A DNA stretch of 64,000 nt from Clostridium sp. CAG:568 (lineage in GTDB: Bacteria > Bacillota_I > Bacilli_A > RFN20 > CAG-288). Of this stretch, positions 10,336-20,247 are shown piece by piece; position 1 is the first letter of the stretch, and the number at the start of each line of letters is the position of its first letter. Position numbers and translations under genes: made by a program. The stretch is taken from the NCBI GenBank assembly GCA_000434395.1, contig FR878777.1, positions 29,085 to 93,084 on the forward strand, written 5' to 3'. The notes beneath the pieces were generated by a model that worked only from the letters and a program-made list of their open reading frames with translations, did no database searches and was not told where the DNA came from.

Positions 10336-11043
10336 TTACTTTATTGAATTTAACAGCCACAGGGTAACAGAAGAAGCATGTTTGGCGGCTAATTCGAGAA
10401 ATTCTTCGTACATATTTTGATTTGAAGAATTTGATGTGTCATCAGATATAGATCTAATAATAGCAAATGGGACATTCAATTCATGGGCACATTGAGCTAC
10501 AGATCCACTTTCCATATCTACAACCAAAGGTTTTCCAAAATACTTTATAATCTTCTTAGAAAGATTCTTTTTAGTAACGAATTTATCACCACTTATAATT
10601 GGACCGACCTTAATATTAAAGTCAATATTATTCTCTAATTCCTTAACAGACTCGATAACTTCATTATCAGTTTCAAACCAAAGAGGTTCTTTATCCATTT
10701 GTCCCAAAGGATTTCCAAAAGCTGTTAAATCAACATCGTGATAAGCTACCTTATTTGCGACTACCACATCCAAAGGCTTTACTGTTTCATTTATACTTCC
10801 ACCGACGCCAGAGTTAATAATTGCTTTGATTTCAACAGATGCAGCTAATTTTCCTATATCTAAGGCTGTATTAACTTTCCCAACTCTTCCTTGAAAAGCA
10901 AAAGCTTTTCCTGATGGAATTGGAAACATAATACCCTTAATACCAGCTATTTCTTCATCTTTACCTTCTCTGACTTTGTTTTTAAGCGCTTCATATTCTT
11001 TCTTTAGTGCACATATCACCAAAACTACATTTTCTTTTGGCAT
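10336..11043 (-). CDS. mtnN: 5'-methylthioadenosine/S-adenosylhomocysteine nucleosidase
   Basis: It is 235 aa with the PNP_UDP fold and the motifs GKVNTALDIGKL and VDMESGSVAQ. Confidence 0.85.
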   Translation of the reverse strand: MPKENVVLVICALKKEYEALKNKVREGKDEEIAGIKGIMFPIPSGKAFAFQGRVGKVNTALDIGKLAASVEIKAIINSGVGGSINETVKPLDVVVANKVAYHDVDLTAFGNPLGQMDKEPLWFETDNEVIESVKELENNIDFNIKVGPIISGDKFVTKKNLSKKIIKYFGKPLVVDMESGSVAQCAHELNVPFAIIRSISDDTSNSSNQNMYEEFLELAAKHASSVTLWLLNSIK

Positions 11044-11064
11044 AACCCTGTCCTCCGTTAGACA

Positions 11065-11520
11065 TTAATTTTGGGCATTGGTCTTGGAATAAATCTTTAA
11101 ATCTTCTTCAGTTATTATTCTCTTTGGTAGAGACTTATACTTTTCTTCAAAATTGACTTCTTCCCTTACCTGAGGTAAAAATGCATGAATTATAATCGAT
11201 TTCCCATCGATTAAATACCATGTGGAACCTTTTCTTCCTTCGATATGACCAACCTCAAAATTATTATCTAACAAAGCAGCCTCAGCTTCATGAGTAAGGC
11301 TTTTCAACCTCTTATCCGAGGTTCCTGTTGTCAAAATTACATAGTCATACATGGGTGTAATTGACTTTACATCATATATTACCGTGTCTAGTCCTCTATC
11401 CATAGCCAATCTTAAAGCAACATCCAAAACATGTTTGCTCTTTATTTGTCCTGGGTTAATACCCTCAGCAACTTTACGGCTTTTCTTAATCACTTTATTC
11501 TCTTCCATATTAATCCTCAC
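11065..11520 (-). CDS. rsfS: Ribosomal silencing factor RsfS/Iojap
   Basis: It has the Iojap core (DTVIYDVKSITPMYDYVILTTGTSDKRLKSL...WYLIDGKSIIIHAF) and overlaps the nadD-yqeK stop by 4 nt. Confidence 0.75.
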   Translation of the reverse strand: MRINMEENKVIKKSRKVAEGINPGQIKSKHVLDVALRLAMDRGLDTVIYDVKSITPMYDYVILTTGTSDKRLKSLTHEAEAALLDNNFEVGHIEGRKGSTWYLIDGKSIIIHAFLPQVREEVNFEEKYKSLPKRIITEEDLKIYSKTNAQN

Positions 11521-12617
11521 TTATTTTTCAAATAATAATCGACACATCCTTTAGTTAGAACATCATCCTCTTTTAAATGTTGTTCCATCTTCAAATACTG
11601 TCTATTATGTTTTAGCACATCGACAAATCCTTTGTCTATATCTACCAAGCAATCATCTATCAAATCTTTAGAATCCCATCCTCTAAATGGATCTAATTTA
11701 TCTGCACAATAGACAATTTTTCCGTATTTTCCCATCTTGGCACATCCAGTTGTATGATATCTTATAGCATCAAGTACCTTCTTTTCCTTGATTCCAAAGT
11801 AATACTGAGCAATCATCTCACCTAAGAATTGATGCCAGGACCATTTAGGAAAGTTTTCGTATTTTTTAAAATATCTAGCCATCATTCTTGGAGCATCTTC
11901 GTCGTGAGCCATCAATTTGCCAATGTCATGAAGATATCCAGCTAAATAGGCCTTGGTAGGCTCTAAATGATTACTTAAAGCCATGTCATAGCAGAGATTT
12001 GCAACACTTACAGCATGTTTATATCTCTTGGATTCATAATATCCTTGCACAGTCTTTGTGAAGTAAAGTTCGTGTTCTATGATGTAGTCGATGACTGTTT
12101 TCTTAGTCATCAAGCTCCTAAGCTCTCTTATATCAGTTGAAGACAAGTTAATCAATTCTGCATATTCAATTACCTTGACGTTATATTTCTTCACAGCTTC
12201 GTGGTTCTTTGGAAATCCTGGTCTAGCATAGGCCACGATGTCACATAGTCCTGATAACTTATTCACATCATGCCATTCATCTAATCTATCGAGTTGATCA
12301 AATCCCATCAAGAAGTAGATCTTTGCTGAAGGAAAGTTTTTTCTGTATGTTTCAACAGTATTTACTGAATAAGAAACAGGTGCTTTGCTCTCTAACTCGA
12401 TTTCAGATATTTCTACTCTCTTTTCTCCTTCCAATCCGAGTTTGAGCATATTTAATCTATGCTTGCATTCCAAAGGAACTTTCCATCTTGGATTCTTGGC
12501 TGGAATAAATATTACTTTATCTGCTTTTAATTCTCTTAGAGCATTTTTTGCAACCAATAAATGACCTTTGTGAATAGGGTCAAAGGTCCCACCAAACAAT
12601 ATTATAGAATCGGACAT
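11517..12617 (-). CDS. nadD: Fused nicotinate-nucleotide adenylyltransferase (NadD) and HD-domain YqeK hydrolase
   Basis: The N-terminus carries ILFGGTFDPIHKGHL (the NadD H-x-G-H motif). The C-terminus carries an HD domain (HAVSVANLCYDMA...GYLHDIGK). It is a single continuous 366-aa ORF. Confidence 0.8.
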   Translation of the reverse strand: MSDSIILFGGTFDPIHKGHLLVAKNALRELKADKVIFIPAKNPRWKVPLECKHRLNMLKLGLEGEKRVEISEIELESKAPVSYSVNTVETYRKNFPSAKIYFLMGFDQLDRLDEWHDVNKLSGLCDIVAYARPGFPKNHEAVKKYNVKVIEYAELINLSSTDIRELRSLMTKKTVIDYIIEHELYFTKTVQGYYESKRYKHAVSVANLCYDMALSNHLEPTKAYLAGYLHDIGKLMAHDEDAPRMMARYFKKYENFPKWSWHQFLGEMIAQYYFGIKEKKVLDAIRYHTTGCAKMGKYGKIVYCADKLDPFRGWDSKDLIDDCLVDIDKGFVDVLKHNRQYLKMEQHLKEDDVLTKGCVDYYLKNK

Positions 12618-12620
12618 AAT

Positions 12621-13778
12621 TTAGAATTCGAGCCAAGCGGAGTCAATGTGAGCTTCTACAGTTACACCCTTTGGGACATAAATTTCGAGAGCAGCGGGAT
12701 CCTGCTTAATAAACACTAGTTTTCCATAACCATATATGGAAACAACGCAATCCTCACCTTCCCTGATTTCGACAAGATTCTTTTCCAAATCAGAGATTGA
12801 TTTAACGGTTGCAGAAGAAGGTTTTCCTTCTCCTGAACCACACAAAGTAGTAAATTCAACATCAGCACGCTCAATTTTGGTCTTAGTACGAATAACATCT
12901 CTTGCGAAATAAAGCTTGAAATTCAAAGGACTTGGGCCTTTGTTGTCTATTCTGGCCAAAGCTCCTAAAAACATTGATTCTCCGCTCTTCAAATTATCTT
13001 CCACAGCACTTACGGCAACATGAGGAATGATATATTTCAAGGTGCGTCTTTCAACTTGGTTCAATATCGAATTAGGGTTAAAGATACCCGGAGTATCAAA
13101 CAAGGTCGAATCCTTATCTAAAGGAATTTTTGTCAAAGTCAATCCTTCAGTTCCAATTCTTTCAGAGGTGATGTTTCTTCCAGTTTCGTTGTCATAATTC
13201 ATTAAGAAATTGTTTATCAATGTAGATTTTCCTACTTGTGAAGCTCCGACGAAGAAAACATCTTTTCCATTTCTATAATGCTCAATGGCTGAGAAAAACT
13301 CATCGAAATTGAAAGACTGATAAGCTGAAACTAGAAGTATTCCTACGGGGTTAATACCTATTGCAGCAAGTCTTGCTTTAAACTTCTCGATGATGACATC
13401 ATCTGGTAGGGTATTTGGAAGAATATCTCTTTTAGTAAAAATAGCAAGAATATTTTTTCCTATAAAATCCGACAACCCTAGAACGATAGAGGCGTCAAAG
13501 GCAAAGGAGTCAAAAACATAGCAAAACAATGCTCCTTGGTCACGAGCTTTCATCAAAAGCTGCGCAAAATCATAATCCAAAGTTTGATTTGTGCCTTGTG
13601 ATGGGTGACGGAGGTCGAAACAGCGGTCACAAAGACCTTCATCATTTCCTTCACGTTTCTTGGATACAAATCCAGCTTCAAATCTATCTTGGCTTTGAAG
13701 CAATGAGCCACATCCGTAACAACGTCTTATTTTGATTTCAGCCGTCATTCCTGACACTTTTTTGTAAGTAGAACGCAT
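12621..13778 (-). CDS. yqeH: Ribosome biogenesis GTPase YqeH
   Basis: There is an N-terminal Cys zinc-finger motif (CYGCGSLLQ...CDRCF) and a circularly permuted GTPase (GASQVGKSTLIN). Confidence 0.8.
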   Translation of the reverse strand: MRSTYKKVSGMTAEIKIRRCYGCGSLLQSQDRFEAGFVSKKREGNDEGLCDRCFDLRHPSQGTNQTLDYDFAQLLMKARDQGALFCYVFDSFAFDASIVLGLSDFIGKNILAIFTKRDILPNTLPDDVIIEKFKARLAAIGINPVGILLVSAYQSFNFDEFFSAIEHYRNGKDVFFVGASQVGKSTLINNFLMNYDNETGRNITSERIGTEGLTLTKIPLDKDSTLFDTPGIFNPNSILNQVERRTLKYIIPHVAVSAVEDNLKSGESMFLGALARIDNKGPSPLNFKLYFARDVIRTKTKIERADVEFTTLCGSGEGKPSSATVKSISDLEKNLVEIREGEDCVVSIYGYGKLVFIKQDPAALEIYVPKGVTVEAHIDSAWLEF

Positions 13779-13781
13779 AAG

Positions 13782-14291
13782 CTATTCCTCCTTTTTTATC
13801 GAGTTACCCAACTTTCCTTTTCGCATCAACTTTTTCCTAACGAACATTTCACGAATTCTATTGAAATAAGTCCAAGGCATCTCTTTGTTAGATAATCTAC
13901 TTGTTAGTATAAACTTAATTTGGCATTTTTCAGCCACCTGTTTGTCGGTAAATAGCTGATCTCCTACCATAACTGTTTTATTCTTATCTAACTTTCTCTC
14001 TTCTATAAAACTTTTCAATTTCTTCGGAGAAGGCTTTCTTGCATCGTAGACGTACCCATCAATATTGAGGTTAGTCACATATCTTTCAATACGTTTTTTC
14101 GTATTGTTGGATACTATAGCGACAAACAAGCCATTATTTTTCAATTCCTCAATCTTCTCTATAGTTCTTTTAGAAGCCTCCTTTGTCAAGGGTGGATCCA
14201 AAGTGTTATCTAAATCAAAGATAACAGCTTCAATGTCGTTATCTTTGAAAAAGGATATAGGAATCTCATATATACTCTCTGCGTTCCACAT
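13782..14291 (-). CDS. yqeG: HAD-superfamily phosphatase YqeG-like
   Basis: It carries the DxD motif (VIFDLDNTL) and HAD motifs, and sits upstream of yqeH as in Bacillus. Confidence 0.7.
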   Translation of the reverse strand: MWNAESIYEIPISFFKDNDIEAVIFDLDNTLDPPLTKEASKRTIEKIEELKNNGLFVAIVSNNTKKRIERYVTNLNIDGYVYDARKPSPKKLKSFIEERKLDKNKTVMVGDQLFTDKQVAEKCQIKFILTSRLSNKEMPWTYFNRIREMFVRKKLMRKGKLGNSIKKEE

Positions 14292-14353
14292 CTCAATGTC
14301 CTTCCCTTAGAATAATAATATTTTACCTTAAACTATTCTACCCGTAAATATAA

Positions 14354-17017
14354 TTACTTTTTATTTTTATCACCTATTTCAGAATCGATGATATCGAAAA
14401 ATGTAGGTTGATCCATAACATCATCTTTTTTAGACTTGGAGTTTTTTGAAGTGTCACAATAAGTCTTTGATGGTTTGATGACTTTAGTGTCATCATCTAT
14501 GATGCCACCTTTCACATCTATTCCTAAGACTAACGAATTCTTTGTTTTGCTTTGAATATTTTCATTTCTGACCAATACACCTAAATCGCTACAGGTTATA
14601 TTGGAAACTTCTAAAGAAACTGTTCCATCGCTCATCGATAGAAGAATGTTGTTTATTTTTTGTCCATTCTTCTTGAGCATATCAACGCCAACAATCTTAG
14701 TATAAGAGCTCTTAGGAATTCTTACTGTTTGTGTCTTAGCCCCTAGTCTTTGAGTACTTGCAATACCAGAAGTGTTGATAACTACTGATTTTCTTTGTTC
14801 AAAGACAAATACTGCTTTTGAATCCTCGCCTTTGTCTAAAGAAAGGAGACAAGCCATATCGACTGGTTTGATAGGCTGATTCATCGCTTTGACACCCGCA
14901 GCTTGGAATGATACGACTGGAACTTCATTTTCATTAAACCTATTGCAATTTCCATCTTGAGCAATGACCAAAAGATCGGAATCCCCAGATGTAATTTGAG
15001 CACTTACTACTTCATCTTCCTTTGTTATTCCCATTATTCTCAAAGGCTTGTTGGTCAATTTTCCAGAAGTAATATCAGAAAGACTCACACGTTTAATTTT
15101 GGATAGCTTTGAAAGAAGGGTGACATATAAACCTTTCTTATATTCACGAATGATATAAGCAGAAACAATCTTTTCATTTGAATCCATAGTTAAAACATTA
15201 TTCAAATGTTTTCCTTCATCGTGCCATTTAGCATCAGGGATTTGCCAAACAGGGACTAAAATGTAGTTTCCTTTAGATGTGAATCCTAATAGATCATCAT
15301 GAGTGGTCGCCTGCCTATTTAAAACGATTTGGTCACCTACTTTAATGGTTGGCATGTCGTTTATAGGATCACCATTTATAGTGGACTGGTACGAACGCAT
15401 GTTTGTTTTTTTGAAATAACCAGTCTTGGTCAATACTACCATGACATCTTCTTTGGCTATCAAAGACTTTTGATCGACAGTTCCTTGCTGGACGACAGGT
15501 TCATCAGCTATCGTTGTCAATCTATCGGATTTAATAATTTCCAAAGCAGCATTCATCTCTTCAATGATGACATTGTTAAGCTCAGTTTTATCAGACAATA
15601 TCTTCGTAAGCTTATCGATTCTAGAAACCAAATCTTTCTTTTCGTCTTCCAAGGCCACAATATCGATCTTTGTCAAAGAATAAAGGCGCATGTTTCCAAT
15701 AGCATCAGCCTGTAATTCAGTAAAGCCGAATTTGTTCATCATATTTTCTTTGGCTTCTACTCTGGAATTAGATTTTCTTATGACTGCTATGACTTCATCT
15801 ATGATTGATTTTGCTTTCAAAAGACCATTTATTATCTCTACTCTTGCGTTAAATTTGCTGAATTCAAAAGCAGATCTTTTTGTTATGACATCTTGTCTAT
15901 GATCAATATAGGCATCGATTATGGCTAATAAAGATAATGTTCTAGGATGACCCTTAACCAAGGCAAGCATGTTTGCAGCGAAAGTTGTTCTCAAGGCACC
16001 CTTCGATTGCAAATAGTTCAAGATTGCAGTAGGATCTGCACCTTTTTTAATATCTAAAACAATTCTAATATCACCGGCTGATTCATCTCTTATTTCAGTA
16101 ATATTGTCCAAGCCTTCGTTGATTCTTCTGTTGTCTAGATCTTTGACCATCTGTGCTTTTACAACACCATAAGGAATTTCTGTTATTATAATTTGGTTAG
16201 TATCCTTATCGATCGTGGCTCTTGAATAAATATAAAATGTAGCTTGACCCGTTCTATAAAGCTTTGCTATCGCAGCTTTGTCATCAATGATACCACCAGT
16301 TGGAAAATCCGGGCCTTTTACTATATTCATCAAATCATCAACAGGGCAAGAAGGATGCTTAAGTCTATAGATTACAGCATTTACAACTTCTGTAGGGTTG
16401 TGAGTAGGTATATTTGTAGAATTACCTATGGCAATGCCGCTAGCTCCGTTGATTAAAAGGTTAGGAAATTCGGCAGGTAAAACGACAGGCTCCACTGCCG
16501 AATCATCGTAAGTCAAAGTCATATCGACGGTGTCTTCGTCGATATCTTTACACAAAAGTGAGGAGGCTTCGCTCAATTTTGACTCTGTGTAACGGTAAGC
16601 TGCAGGATCATCGTTATCGATGTCTCCATTATTTCCCTGGAAAATGAGAAGTGGAACACGCATTTTCCAGGATTGAGAAAGTCTGACCATTGCATCGTAT
16701 ACTGAGGAGTCGCCGTGTGGATGATAATGTCCTAAGACATCACCGACAGTCTTTGCACATTTCACAGTCTTTTTATTGAATGTGATTCCGGATTTCCACA
16801 TATCGAAAATAATTCTTCTATGGACTGGTTTTAGACCATCTCTAACATCTGGAATTGCACGATCGGTTAGGACCATCTTAGCGTAACGATTAAAACAATC
16901 GGATAATATGGTCGGAAAATCCTCTTCTTCCAATTTATTTTCGTTAAGACCTTCGGTGATCATCTTAGGGTTCTTTTTGATACCACCAGTTCTCATTCTT
17001 TTTTTCTTGTCAGCCAT
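14354..17017 (-). CDS. parC: Type II topoisomerase subunit A, probably ParC of topoisomerase IV
   Basis: The active-site region reads AAYRYTESKL. No GyrA-box (QRRGGKG) is seen in the C-terminal domain. It is paired downstream of the B subunit in the E-then-C order typical of parEC. GyrA cannot be fully excluded. Confidence 0.65.
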   Translation of the reverse strand: MADKKKRMRTGGIKKNPKMITEGLNENKLEEEDFPTILSDCFNRYAKMVLTDRAIPDVRDGLKPVHRRIIFDMWKSGITFNKKTVKCAKTVGDVLGHYHPHGDSSVYDAMVRLSQSWKMRVPLLIFQGNNGDIDNDDPAAYRYTESKLSEASSLLCKDIDEDTVDMTLTYDDSAVEPVVLPAEFPNLLINGASGIAIGNSTNIPTHNPTEVVNAVIYRLKHPSCPVDDLMNIVKGPDFPTGGIIDDKAAIAKLYRTGQATFYIYSRATIDKDTNQIIITEIPYGVVKAQMVKDLDNRRINEGLDNITEIRDESAGDIRIVLDIKKGADPTAILNYLQSKGALRTTFAANMLALVKGHPRTLSLLAIIDAYIDHRQDVITKRSAFEFSKFNARVEIINGLLKAKSIIDEVIAVIRKSNSRVEAKENMMNKFGFTELQADAIGNMRLYSLTKIDIVALEDEKKDLVSRIDKLTKILSDKTELNNVIIEEMNAALEIIKSDRLTTIADEPVVQQGTVDQKSLIAKEDVMVVLTKTGYFKKTNMRSYQSTINGDPINDMPTIKVGDQIVLNRQATTHDDLLGFTSKGNYILVPVWQIPDAKWHDEGKHLNNVLTMDSNEKIVSAYIIREYKKGLYVTLLSKLSKIKRVSLSDITSGKLTNKPLRIMGITKEDEVVSAQITSGDSDLLVIAQDGNCNRFNENEVPVVSFQAAGVKAMNQPIKPVDMACLLSLDKGEDSKAVFVFEQRKSVVINTSGIASTQRLGAKTQTVRIPKSSYTKIVGVDMLKKNGQKINNILLSMSDGTVSLEVSNITCSDLGVLVRNENIQSKTKNSLVLGIDVKGGIIDDDTKVIKPSKTYCDTSKNSKSKKDDVMDQPTFFDIIDSEIGDKNKK

Positions 17018-17027
17018 TTTTCACCTC

Positions 17028-19028
17028 TCAATCATTATTGTCTGAATCTTCGCTATCGCTTTGTTTATTTTTAGCTTCTTCGAATTCTTGCCCTTTTTTT
17101 AATCTTTCAAAGAAGTCAGCCTTATATCCAAAATCGATATTTGATTGAATCCATTCCTTACGACGATCCGAATCTTTTCCCATGAACAAACGTACATGAT
17201 CTGCACATTCATCTCTTTCGTTTTCACTAGTGACTACTTTTAATAATTTTCTAAAAGGAGGGTTCATAGTAGTGGTTGAAAGTTGCTCAGGGCTCATTTC
17301 ACCCAATCCTTTATAACGACTTACGTCATATCCTTTTCCAATTTTCTTTCTAGCTTCATCTAATTGGGCATCATCCCAACAATAGATCTCATGATTATCT
17401 TTATAGACTCTATATAAAGGAGGGCATGCGACATAAACATGGCCGGATTCAACCAATGGACGCATATGTTCATAGAAGAAGGCTAATAGCAAGTTTCTAA
17501 TATGGAATCCATCGTCATCAGCATCGGTCATGATTATGACTTTTCCATAATGAATATTCTTTAAATTGAAATTGTCGTCATATCCAGCTCCGATCGTATT
17601 TATTAAATCAGCCAATTCTTTATTATCCAATAAAGAATCAGCGTCTGCTACATCGACGGTGTTCTTTGGCTTTCCACGCAAAGGAAGAATTCCTTGATGA
17701 ATTCTATCTCTGGCATTTTTTGCAGAGCCACCGGCGGAATTTCCTTCGACTATGAACAATTCATTGGATTTATAGTCTTTAGATGCTGGAGGTGCCAATT
17801 TTCCTGAAAGCATCGAAGCTTTAATTCCACTTTTGAATTTGTTTCTTTCCTTTTCTCTAGCTTCAGCCGCCTTTTGACGAGCTTCTCTACTCTCCAAAGC
17901 CTTTTCTATGACATCGCTAGCTTCCTGGGAATGCTCCTCTAGATAATGTCCTAAGAAATTTTCAACGACTGAATCTACCGCTGGTAGGGCTTGTTTGGTT
18001 CCAAGCTTCGATTTAGTCTGTCCTTCGAATTGAAGAATTGTTTCCGGAACCCAAACCGAGATGATTGCACACATTCCTTCCCTTATGTCATCACCATCTA
18101 AATTTACATTACCTCTTCCTAAAAGCTTATGAGACGAGGCAAATGCATTATATGAAGAAGTTATCGCTTTTTTAAATCCGGCTTCGTGGTGACCACCTTC
18201 TGGTGTTCTAACACCATTAGCAAAAGAATAGATTCGTTGACTATATTCATCCTTAAACCATCCGAAAACTACTTCGACTCTAATAGTATCAGCTGATCCT
18301 TCGATGGTTATTGCTGGAACTAGAGGGGTTTTGGTGGCATTTCTTCTTTGGAAGAATTCCTTCAACCCTTCCTTATAGAAGAATGTCGCACTTTCATTAG
18401 TTCTATTATCCTTCAAAACAAAAGTAACGCCTTTGGTAAGACAAGCTTGGTCATCCATGTGAGCAGCAACTGTATCGTAATTGAAATTAACATCATCAAA
18501 AATAGTGGGATCAGGTTTGAAAGTAACTACTGTTCCTCTTCTATCAGTCTTACCGACTAATTTTGTAGGTGTTTCTTTAGAGCCGCCCTCGCTATATCGA
18601 ATCATATGCTCTGTTCCATCTCTAAAAGAATGTATTTCCATAAAGGTGGACAAAGCATTTACTACAGCACCACCGACACCGTGCAAACCACCTGCTGTTT
18701 TATAGTTGTCTTCATTGAACTTTCCACCTCCGTGCAAAGTTCTATATACGATGTCAAAACCCGACACTCCTTCTTTTTTGTTCATGTCCCAAGGCACACC
18801 ACGACCTTCATCCGATACAGTTACGCTGCCGTCAGCGTTTAAATCTACTTCTATTTTCTTTCCAAATCCAGCGTTGGCTTCATCGACTGCATTGTCTAAG
18901 ATTTCCCATATTAAATGATGTAATCCGGTAACATCTGTAGTACCGATATACATACCAGGCCTATCTCTGACAGGTTGCAAGCCTTTCAAAATCTTTAGAT
19001 TGTTGGCATCGTATTTTTTGTTTTCCAT
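17028..19028 (-). CDS. parE: Type II topoisomerase subunit B, probably ParE
   Basis: It has the GHKL ATPase region, a Toprim domain (EGNSAGGSAK) and PLRGK, and lies upstream of parC. Confidence 0.65.
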   Translation of the reverse strand: MENKKYDANNLKILKGLQPVRDRPGMYIGTTDVTGLHHLIWEILDNAVDEANAGFGKKIEVDLNADGSVTVSDEGRGVPWDMNKKEGVSGFDIVYRTLHGGGKFNEDNYKTAGGLHGVGGAVVNALSTFMEIHSFRDGTEHMIRYSEGGSKETPTKLVGKTDRRGTVVTFKPDPTIFDDVNFNYDTVAAHMDDQACLTKGVTFVLKDNRTNESATFFYKEGLKEFFQRRNATKTPLVPAITIEGSADTIRVEVVFGWFKDEYSQRIYSFANGVRTPEGGHHEAGFKKAITSSYNAFASSHKLLGRGNVNLDGDDIREGMCAIISVWVPETILQFEGQTKSKLGTKQALPAVDSVVENFLGHYLEEHSQEASDVIEKALESREARQKAAEAREKERNKFKSGIKASMLSGKLAPPASKDYKSNELFIVEGNSAGGSAKNARDRIHQGILPLRGKPKNTVDVADADSLLDNKELADLINTIGAGYDDNFNLKNIHYGKVIIMTDADDDGFHIRNLLLAFFYEHMRPLVESGHVYVACPPLYRVYKDNHEIYCWDDAQLDEARKKIGKGYDVSRYKGLGEMSPEQLSTTTMNPPFRKLLKVVTSENERDECADHVRLFMGKDSDRRKEWIQSNIDFGYKADFFERLKKGQEFEEAKNKQSDSEDSDNND

Positions 19029-19147
19029 ATTACGCCCCTCTAACTAATCTCTAAATTTTAACTTTTTTTAAATGGTTTATAAAGTCAAAAAAGATTAAAA
19101 CCCTCAATGTGTAGTATTATTCTATAGTCAATTTGAAGGAGATTTTT

Positions 19148-19921
19148 ATGGAAATAACTTGGGCTATTGTTTCATGCATTATATTTGCGGTATTTGGTTA
19201 TTTAATCGGTTCCATTCCTAACGCTGTAATAATAGGAAAGATACATCATGTCGACATAACTAAAATTGGAAGTGGAAATCCTGGTGGAACAAATGTTTGG
19301 AGAGAATTTGGCTGGAAATGGGGTGTAGGATGTATGATTCTAGACTTTATGAAGGGATTTATTCCATCATTAATTGTATTGCTACTAACCTCTTTTATTC
19401 CTCAATTTAGAGATGGAACCATTTCCCAAATGTCTTTTATGGGATACGACCACTTAAATCTTTATACGATTTTGACCGGTGCTATGGCAATGATCGGCCA
19501 TGCATTCCCAATTTTCTTCCATTTCAAAGGTGGAAAGAATGTCATGGTCACTTGTGGATTCATCGGCGCTACATGTCCTTTAATGATGGGAATAGCTGTA
19601 GCTATGTTTGTTACATTCGAATTGATTTCTCATAAGATTTCGGTTGGCTCATTGGCAGCTGCAGCTACAGTCTTCCTATATTCCTTAGTTTGTTTAATCA
19701 TCTCTTTAGCAATTCCGTCTTTAAATGAAAACTATATGATTGGAGGATGGTACTTCACAGATAAAATTTACTTCTTGACCGATTGGATATATGGTCTAGT
19801 ATTGGTCTTAGAGGCCTTGTTCGTCGTCTTCAGACATAAATCTAATATTAAAAAATTAGCCAAACATGAGGAGAAGAACTTTGATCCCAACTCTCATGAG
19901 TTCGACCAGAAAAGTAATTAA
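19148..19921 (+). CDS. plsY: Glycerol-3-phosphate acyltransferase PlsY
   Basis: It carries the GSGNPGGTN motif. The ORF track starts at 19133, but AAGGAGA sits 7 nt before the ATG at 19148, so 19148 is the likely start. There is a C-terminal extension of about 50 aa. Confidence 0.8.
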   Translation: MEITWAIVSCIIFAVFGYLIGSIPNAVIIGKIHHVDITKIGSGNPGGTNVWREFGWKWGVGCMILDFMKGFIPSLIVLLLTSFIPQFRDGTISQMSFMGYDHLNLYTILTGAMAMIGHAFPIFFHFKGGKNVMVTCGFIGATCPLMMGIAVAMFVTFELISHKISVGSLAAAATVFLYSLVCLIISLAIPSLNENYMIGGWYFTDKIYFLTDWIYGLVLVLEALFVVFRHKSNIKKLAKHEEKNFDPNSHEFDQKSN

Positions 19922-19939
19922 AGAAAAATAATTAGTAAA

Positions 19940-19975
19940 CTAAAAAACCTGCCACTTGGCAGGTTCTTTTATTTC
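19940..19975. terminator. Bidirectional intrinsic terminator between convergent plsY and the yneF-like gene
   Basis: A hairpin ACCUGCCACUUGGCAGGU is flanked by an A-run on one side and a U-run on the other. Confidence 0.5.
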
Positions 19976-20235
19976 TTCTTCTTTTTCTTGCTCATTCCAG
20001 CGTAAGGATTATAGTTTGGAGATTTGGCATCGTTCATAGCTTTCATAGCTCTTTCTACATCAGCTTCTGAAGGAGTTCTTCCAGTAGCTCTTAACAATGC
20101 ACGAACTTGATCCTTGTTGATTGGAGGATTCTTTTTCAATTCGCGTTTTGTTATAAATCTAAACACAAAGAATCCACCGATCAAGCCCACTAGAAAGCAA
20201 GCGATTGAAATTCCAGCAACTGCTCCGCCGTTCAT
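19969..20235 (-). CDS. UPF0154/YneF-like small membrane protein
   Basis: It is 88 aa with an N-terminal TM helix followed by KNPPINKDQVRALLRATGRTPSE, which resembles the YneF family (NPPINE...MGQKPS). Confidence 0.6.
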   Translation of the reverse strand: MNGGAVAGISIACFLVGLIGGFFVFRFITKRELKKNPPINKDQVRALLRATGRTPSEADVERAMKAMNDAKSPNYNPYAGMSKKKKKK

Positions 20236-20247
20236 GCTTTTTAACCT

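Noticed and set aside
19133-19147. Alternative upstream start codons listed in the ORF track (plsY 19133, ispG 22732, apt 32340, ispH 32355, cdd 42848, mraZ 54329)
   Set aside because: In each case a strong Shine-Dalgarno sequence lies inside the proposed N-terminal extension at correct spacing to an internal ATG that also gives the canonical protein length. The internal starts were adopted instead.
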